Below are positions 9,781 to 14,978 of a stretch of 14,978 bases of DNA, piece after piece. This DNA comes from an uncultured Chthonomonadaceae bacterium (GTDB taxonomy: Bacteria; Armatimonadota; Chthonomonadetes; Chthonomonadales; Chthonomonadaceae). The position numbers and the translations under genes were made by a program. Each line of letters opens with the position of its first letter. The stretch's first letter is position 1. The stretch lies in NCBI GenBank assembly GCA_963835065.1, contig CAWIEK010000017.1, positions 1-14,978 of the forward strand. Direction: 5' to 3'. The notes under the pieces are model-generated. The model searched no databases. It was not told where the DNA came from and saw only the letters and a list, made by a program, of their open reading frames with translations.

Positions 9781-9897
9781 TCAGGATTCAGGATTCAGGG
9801 GTCAGGAAATTTCCTGCTCACTAATCTTTCTGCCAATATCAGCGTCAGAACCGAGTGAGATACACTCCCTACCTGACCCCTGAATCCTGAACCCTGA
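9781..9897. repeat. 26-bp inverted repeat built of heptamers, enclosing a 65-nt spacer
   Basis: 9781-9806 TCAGGATTCAGGATTCAGGGGTCAGG versus 9872-9897 CCTGACCCCTGAATCCTGAACCCTGA: 25 of 26 complementary. The right heptamer tract continues to about 9908. Confidence 0.92.
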
Positions 9898-9910
9898 CCT
9901 CTGACCCCTC

Positions 9911-11632
9911 TCACTTCGCCCGCAGCGTAAGCGGTATCTTCTCAATCGCGCGGTTGGCGATGGCTTCGGGAACCTGCACTTCGGGAGTTCCGCGCTTGCG
10001 ACGCCAGGCTACAGCGGCGCGAACCGCCACGAGAGCCAGTCGGCGCGGCAGCAGATGCAGATGCGTTTTCAGCACCGCTTTTGCGCCGTATTTACGCGCC
10101 CGGTACATGCGGTACGGGATAATCAGTTCCAATCGCGCCCACAGCCGCGCTAAAGACAGGTCGCTTGCGCTCAGGAAGCGGGAGCGAACCGTCGCCTCGT
10201 AGCTGTTCCACTGCTCGTACTTCATGCCCCGTTCCAGCAGCCCCTCGGCCAGGGCGCGGTAGTACAGGGGCGTACCGGGAAACGGCGTCATTACCGTAAA
10301 GCCGGACTCGCACGGAACTTCTTTGGAATACGCGATGGTGCGGGCAACCGTGTCCCAGGACTCTTCGGGAGCGCCGATGACGAACGTGCCGTAGACATGG
10401 AGGCCCAGGCTGTCGGCAAACGCGATTTTGCGGGCGAGAATGTCGTTGATTTTGATTTTTTGCCCGATGCTTTTCAGGCACTCTTCATCCGCGGTTTCAA
10501 TACCGGTTGTAATGGTCTTTACGCCCGCTTTCACCATGAGTTCAATCAGCGGGTCGTCCATGCACTCCAGGCTGCCTTCAACCGTCGCTTCCATTTTCAC
10601 GCCGCGCGCAATGCACTCATTCAAAATGGCGCGCGACTGCTTGCGGTCGAAGCCGAAGTTGGGATCGCGGAACCGCCAGCGCGTGATGCCCCACGTCTTG
10701 TTGAGCCATTCCATCTCGTCTACGGGGCGCATAATGGAACTGTTGCGTATAGGTCGGCCTTCGTGCAGCATATACGGGCACATGGTACAGCCAATGGGAC
10801 AGCCCCGGCTTGTGGTCACGTACACGTTTAAATCTTCGGTTTTGCCCGTCGGGCTGTAGCGTTCCAGGGGAAGCAGATGGTATGCGGGGAACGGCAAATC
10901 TTCCAAACTCTCGACCTGCACCCACTGCGCGAACTTGCCCTGCTGCGAGCCGTCGTACAGTTCTTCCCCCTTGACCGGGATGTAGGAATTGGGAACGATC
11001 ACGCCGGGCTGCCGCTTCCATGCGCTGCCTTCCGCCCGCAGCATCGGCCCGATAACCGCTTCCGGCTCGCCGTATAGAAGGGCGTCGGCATTGGTTTCCC
11101 CGATCCAGTGATCCAGCGTGGTCATAATCACGGAGCCGAACAGGAAAACGCGAGTGTCGGGGAGGGCGGTCTTGATTTGGTTGGCGAACTGCAAATCCTG
11201 CGACAGGGAGGGCATGGACAGCCGTATGCCGATCCATGTTTGCTCACCCTTTTCCGCCTGCTCGCCAATGCGTTTTACCGTATGCGTAACCGCCGCATCC
11301 CCGGCAAGTCCTTCCAGCATCAGGTCGAGGATAGCGACATTCGCGCCACACTCCTCCGCCACGCCCGCCGCCAGCAGAATGTCGGGCGCGGGCAAGGGAA
11401 GCGTCACTTTTTCCAGCGGTTTGAGCTTGCGCGACACGCCCAGCCCGCCCGAAAGCGTCCGGTCATTGGTATAGCCGCGCCGCTCCGGTGGGTTGATCAG
11501 AAACAAACGGCGCGAAGATTTTGGATTTTGGATTTTGGATTTTAGATTATCCATTCCCGCCTGTGGGTTGCCGATTGTTGATTTTTGGTTTTCGCTTGTG
11601 GATGGAAGCACGATTGTCCTCTTATCCCTCAC
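9911..11632 (-). CDS. Cobalamin (B12)-binding radical SAM protein (class B methyltransferase/HpnJ-like architecture)
   Basis: N-terminal B12-binding-type region (LFLINPP...PDILLAAGV...ILD...YGEPE), LEDLPFPAYHLLP, TTSRGCPIGCTMC, FRDPNF, GIETAD, FVIGAPEES, TPFPGTPLY. Alternative start is ATG at 11554. Confidence 0.9.
   Translation of the reverse strand: MRDKRTIVLPSTSENQKSTIGNPQAGMDNLKSKIQNPKSSRRLFLINPPERRGYTNDRTLSGGLGVSRKLKPLEKVTLPLPAPDILLAAGVAEECGANVAILDLMLEGLAGDAAVTHTVKRIGEQAEKGEQTWIGIRLSMPSLSQDLQFANQIKTALPDTRVFLFGSVIMTTLDHWIGETNADALLYGEPEAVIGPMLRAEGSAWKRQPGVIVPNSYIPVKGEELYDGSQQGKFAQWVQVESLEDLPFPAYHLLPLERYSPTGKTEDLNVYVTTSRGCPIGCTMCPYMLHEGRPIRNSSIMRPVDEMEWLNKTWGITRWRFRDPNFGFDRKQSRAILNECIARGVKMEATVEGSLECMDDPLIELMVKAGVKTITTGIETADEECLKSIGQKIKINDILARKIAFADSLGLHVYGTFVIGAPEESWDTVARTIAYSKEVPCESGFTVMTPFPGTPLYYRALAEGLLERGMKYEQWNSYEATVRSRFLSASDLSLARLWARLELIIPYRMYRARKYGAKAVLKTHLHLLPRRLALVAVRAAVAWRRKRGTPEVQVPEAIANRAIEKIPLTLRAK
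11517..11593. repeat. Heptamer repeats (GATTTTG)x3-4 plus a degenerate second tract, in frame in the B12 radical SAM N-terminus
   Basis: GATTTTG x3, GATTTTA at 11517-11544 encodes LKSKIQNPKS; GGTTGCC GATTGTT GATTTTT GGTTTTC at 11566-11593 encodes ENQKSTIGN. Confidence 0.88.
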
Positions 11633-11644
11633 TGCTAAATCTTG

Positions 11645-11672
11645 TGCCTACTGCCTACTGCCTATTGCCTAC
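11645..11672. repeat. Heptamer tandem repeat (TGCCTAY)x4 overlapping the GT4 stop codon
   Basis: TGCCTAC TGCCTAC TGCCTAT TGCCTAC; the TAG at 11662-11664 lies within the repeat. Confidence 0.93.
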
Positions 11673-12894
11673 CCAACGCCTGTCGGTAAATATCGGCCAT
11701 GCGCTGCGCCTGCTGTTGGGGCGTAAATTGGGCTAAAACGCGCTCCCGTCCACGCCTACCTATTTCTTCGCGCCGACTGCTATCTTGCAGTAAGGCAATC
11801 AGGGCGTCAGCCAGCGCGTCGGTGTTGCGGGCTGGGGTGAGCAGACCCTCTGTGCCGTTTTCGATGATTTCGGGCAATGCGCCGGAAGCAAAGCCGACAA
11901 CGGGCGTTTGCATGGCAAGCGCTTCCGTGACGACGAGGCCGAACGGCTCTTCCCAACTCGGTACGGCAAGGATGTCCAGATCGGCCATGATGCCCGGCAT
12001 ATCGTCATGCCAGCCCGACCAGTGAACACAATCTTCTAAATTTAATTCCGAAATTCGCTGCCTTAAACCGCGCTCGAATTCCTGACCGCCATACGGAGGC
12101 ATGTCTACGGTTCTGCCGATGATCGCAAGGTGGGCGTTGGGCACGGCGGTTTTCACGAGCCGCATAGCCTCAATGAGTTCCTGATGGCCTTTCCACAGCA
12201 TGATGCGGGCAACAATGCCAATCAAAGGCGTGTCGGGTTTCAGGTTCAGGCGGCTGCGCAGTTCGCCCCGCATAACGCGCAGGGGATCAAAGCGCGTTGT
12301 ATCTGTCGCATTATGGCAAACCGCGACTTTGGCATCGGGCAGGCCGCCGTCCAGCATGGAACAGCGCGTGAACTGCGAAATGGCGATGATACGGGTACAA
12401 TGCTTGACGGCAAGCATGGCCGCGCGGCCAATTCCATCATTCCACTTGTTATGCACGTGGACGATGCTTTTGCAGACGCCCATGCGGACGAGCGAGGTGG
12501 CAAACAGGGCGTCGCGGGGCCGGTCGGTGACATGCACAAAATCAATGCGATGCTTCCGTATATATACTGCAAGCCGCGCAAGCGAGACAGCCGCCCCTAC
12601 ATTGCGCAGCGCGTTTGTGGATTTGGCCGCGAGGTTTCCGCCCGAACCGGCAGTTTCGCGCCCTAAATCCAGCGCGAGTGGCTTCAAGCCGGCAACCGAC
12701 TTCAAAATTTCAAGCGTTTGCGCGAAGTCTATGGCATTGCGGTTGGTGGCGACATGAACATCAATGCCCTGTGCGCCCAAGTGCTGTATCAACGAGAGGT
12801 GTACGGCGACATCTGCGCCCGCCACGCTGCGGGTATTCACAAATAAAACGCGCGGCTGTGAGTTCGACTGCGCTGCCTGCGGCGGACGGGGCAC
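11662..12894 (-). CDS. GT-B fold glycosyltransferase, family 4
   Basis: IIAISQFT, IGIVARIMLWKGHQELIEA, and the EX7E signature PSWEEPFGLVVTEALAMQTPVV, GALPEII; GGAGG RBS before GTG. Confidence 0.95.
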   Translation of the reverse strand: MPRPPQAAQSNSQPRVLFVNTRSVAGADVAVHLSLIQHLGAQGIDVHVATNRNAIDFAQTLEILKSVAGLKPLALDLGRETAGSGGNLAAKSTNALRNVGAAVSLARLAVYIRKHRIDFVHVTDRPRDALFATSLVRMGVCKSIVHVHNKWNDGIGRAAMLAVKHCTRIIAISQFTRCSMLDGGLPDAKVAVCHNATDTTRFDPLRVMRGELRSRLNLKPDTPLIGIVARIMLWKGHQELIEAMRLVKTAVPNAHLAIIGRTVDMPPYGGQEFERGLRQRISELNLEDCVHWSGWHDDMPGIMADLDILAVPSWEEPFGLVVTEALAMQTPVVGFASGALPEIIENGTEGLLTPARNTDALADALIALLQDSSRREEIGRRGRERVLAQFTPQQQAQRMADIYRQALGRQ

Positions 12895-12996
12895 GAATCA
12901 TCCTCCCGGAAGGGATAAATACATATTAACATAAATCCACGCTTTGAGCAAGGGGATTTTCCACAGTTTTGCCGAGACAATCCCTATTGTCTATAT

Positions 12997-13013
12997 TGCA
13001 AAATTCATGCCAG
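12997..13013 (-). promoter_or_regulatory. Sigma54 (RpoN) -24/-12 promoter for the GT4/radical SAM operon
   Basis: Minus strand CTGGCATGAATTTTGCA versus consensus YTGGCACGNNNNTTGCW, exact GG-N10-GC spacing, about 100 nt upstream of the GT4 start. Confidence 0.7.
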
Positions 13014-13094
13014 TATAGAGCAAAAGGCCTAGAACAGCATAAAATTATAAAAATATTTTGAAAGTTTTGCCATTTCATTCTCAAAGGAACAACT

Positions 13095-14592
13095 ATGGCG
13101 CAGGAAACGCCACAAATAGACGCTCCAATCTCGCATGAGCGGGTCGCAAAGAATACGCTGATTTATATTGTGGGGCAGTTGGTGAGCTGGGCCATGACGC
13201 TGCTTTCCGTGTCCATCATTCCGCGCCGGCTTGGGGAAACGGGCATGGGGCAACTGGCGATTGCCGGCACGACAGTCGGAGCGGTCGCCAACATGATGAT
13301 GCTCGGCCTTGGACGGGTTCATCAGCGCGGAAATCGGGCGCAACCGGCCTGCCAGTGAGCGCATCGTGCAGGCGTTTATGGGATTGCGCCTGTGCCTGCT
13401 GCCCCTGCTCGCCCTCGTATCGCTGTCGGCGTTGGCGATTGCGCATGTATCGCCCACGATCTGGCAAATCGGCCTGATTACATTGGCGTCCGTAAGCGTA
13501 GCGTTTGTGTTCGCGCCGCTCCGGGCCGTGCTGATGGGGTGGGAAGAAGCGCGTCCGATTTCGATTTACACGTTCATCATGGGGTTGGCTCCCCTGCTTG
13601 CGATCCCGTTTCTGGCGGGCGGGCCGGTCACGTTCTCGATTATTACGTTTTTTGGCGGGCTGCCGGCAACCCTTGCGGTGGTGCTGGCGATCCGGGGTCG
13701 GGTGAAACTGCGCCCGCGCCTGGATACGGCAACGTGGCGCTTTCTGATCTGGGGCAGTTCCACGTTTCTGGTGACGGAGTTCGTAGCGCAGTTTTACGAT
13801 TTAGGCTCCGTTTTCATTCTGCGCCATTTCACGGACGAAGCGGCAGTGGGCGTGTACTCGCAGGCCACCAAGCTGCTCGGCACGTTTTTGTTTCTGCCAA
13901 CTGCGGTAGGCTACGCCCTGCTCCCCTCCCTGACCCGACTGGCGGACGCAAACCCGGCGACGTTTGCCCGCTTGCAGCAGCGCGTGTTCGGATTAATGGC
14001 GGTGCTGGCGATGCCGATAGCCGTTCTCGCCCTGATGCTGGCGCATCCGTTTTGCCACCTGCTGTACGGGGGCGAAAAGTTCCGCTCGCTGCCGGTCACG
14101 GTGCAGTTTTGTTCGCTGAACTTGATCCCGCTGTACATCACGATGCTGCTGTACCGGTTTTTGATCGCGCAGAAACGCAACGCCATCTGGAGCGGGTTCA
14201 TGCTGGGAACCGTGCTGCTCAACGCGGGGTTGTGCTGGCTGCTGATCCCCCGGACGCTGCACAGCGCGTGGCCGCATACGGGCACGGTGGGCGCGATTGT
14301 GGCGGCGGCGATTGCGGAAACGGTGACGGCGATCTGCGCCCTGATCCTGCTGAAAGTGAACCCGCTGACGCGCGAAAACGGGCTGCGGATCGTGGGCGGG
14401 CTGGTGGCAAGCGGGGGCATGGCGGGCGCAATGTGGCTGACGCGGGACTGGTTTTTCGTGCTGCGGGGCGCGGTGGGCATGGCCGCGTTCGGCATCGTGG
14501 CGTGGAAATTGCAGGCATTGGGCGATGAGGAACAGCAGCAGCTTGCCTCCCTCCTCCGCAGCAAACTCCCCGCCCGCTTCCGCAAAGCATAG
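13095..14592 (+). CDS. Wzx/MOP-family oligosaccharide flippase (~498 aa; frameshift near 13309)
   Basis: ORF 13095..13358 gives VAKNTLIYIVGQLV...IIPRRLGETGMGQL...MLGL; ORF 13309..14592 gives DGFISAEIGR...AVGVYSQATKL...LLPSLTRL...NAGLCWLLIP...GAIVA. Highly hydrophobic; removing one base joins them. AAGGA RBS. Confidence 0.9.
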
Positions 14593-14623
14593 CGCTTAAA
14601 AGAAGCTCTGACGTTACGCTTTT

Positions 14624-14800
14624 TCAGCCTTCATCACAGGTAAGGGTATGGAGAGAAAAAGGATATGTAGAGTCATCGTCGAAATCTTGGCAATACAGCG
14701 CTTCCAGCCCGATGTCTCGTTGTGTCAAGTTGTAGGAGAGAGGCGTCGTGACCTCATGGGCGTCAAGGCGAACGGGAGGGGTGAAACATAGGACTTGCAC
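14624..14800 (-). CDS. Putative small acidic protein, 58 aa
   Basis: Open frame from GTG at 14800 to TGA at 14624: MQVLCFTPPVRLDAHEVTTPLSYNLTQRDIGLEALYCQDFDDDSTYPFSLHTLTCDEG. A strong AAGGGAGGT RBS lies at its 5' end but is better spaced to an ATG at 14789 that is one base out of frame. Confidence 0.4.
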   Translation of the reverse strand: MQVLCFTPPVRLDAHEVTTPLSYNLTQRDIGLEALYCQDFDDDSTYPFSLHTLTCDEG

Positions 14801-14812
14801 CTCCCTTCTGAG

Positions 14813-14840
14813 TTAGGGTTTTAGGGTTTTAGGTTGTTAG
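14813..14840. repeat. Octamer tandem repeat TTAGGGTT x2 plus degenerate copies
   Basis: TTAGGGTT TTAGGGTT TTAGGTTG TTAG. Confidence 0.8.
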
Positions 14841-14978
14841 TTGAGAGGAACTCGAACTTTCAGCCTTCGTCTCTGCACAGTAGACGTTTGTGCTATTTTT
14901 TAGACGGCTGTATGGGGCAAAGGGTTCACTTTTTCGCGTTATTTTGCTCTTTTTCCTGTGTATTTTATATCTTTGCAG

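Noticed and set aside
9911..11632. Assigning hpnJ or bchE
   Set aside because: Only the shared B12 plus radical SAM architecture is evident; no hopanoid or bacteriochlorophyll genes are nearby.
2615..11672. Repeat tracts as CRISPR arrays
   Set aside because: Units are 7-8 bp with no unique spacers, and no cas genes are present.
6..12757. Long plus-strand ORFs (e.g. 648..1274, 3473..4444, 6454..7377, 8681..9751)
   Set aside because: They are antisense shadows of well-supported minus-strand genes in GC-rich DNA and show no recognisable motifs.
13055..13073. Second sigma54 motif (TGGCAAAACTTTCAA, minus strand)
   Set aside because: It lacks the -12 GC.
13392..14528. 378-aa alternative-frame ORF within the flippase
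   Set aside because: Arg/Gly/Ala-rich off-frame product of GC-biased codon usage.
14597..14625. Terminator between the flippase and the small ORF
   Set aside because: AAAAGAAGC...GCTTTTT forms only a weak AT-rich stem with a long loop.
14813..14840. Telomere-like TTTTAGGG repeat
   Set aside because: Only two exact units, internal to a bacterial contig; it fits the local 7/8-mer repeat class.

Overview
GC-rich bacterial window with about 10 genes, nearly all on the minus strand. Reading each minus-strand unit 5'->3': (i) a signalling unit of a RedB-like CPC thioredoxin-fold protein, a cytoplasmic PAS histidine kinase and a REC-HDOD response regulator that runs off the left edge; (ii) an uncharacterised pair of exported proteins, a ~540-aa Gly/Ser/Tyr/Cys-rich protein with an AT-richer C-terminal part followed by a signal-peptide TPR-like protein, ending at a 14-bp terminator hairpin; (iii) a glycan operon with a near-consensus sigma54 promoter: GT4 glycosyltransferase, cobalamin-dependent radical SAM, SPASM/twitch radical SAM, GT-C (ArnT/PMT-like) membrane glycosyltransferase, with a divergent Wzx-type flippase on the plus strand; (iv) a 58-codon acidic ORF near the right end, absent from the ORF track. 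Five genes, possibly six sites, are broken by single-base frameshifts, which most simply indicates long-read assembly indels. Short 7-8 bp tandem repeats of several sequence types occur right after stop codons, in frame inside genes, and once as a 26-bp inverted pair between the two radical SAM genes. All family calls come from motif recognition by eye; no database search was run.
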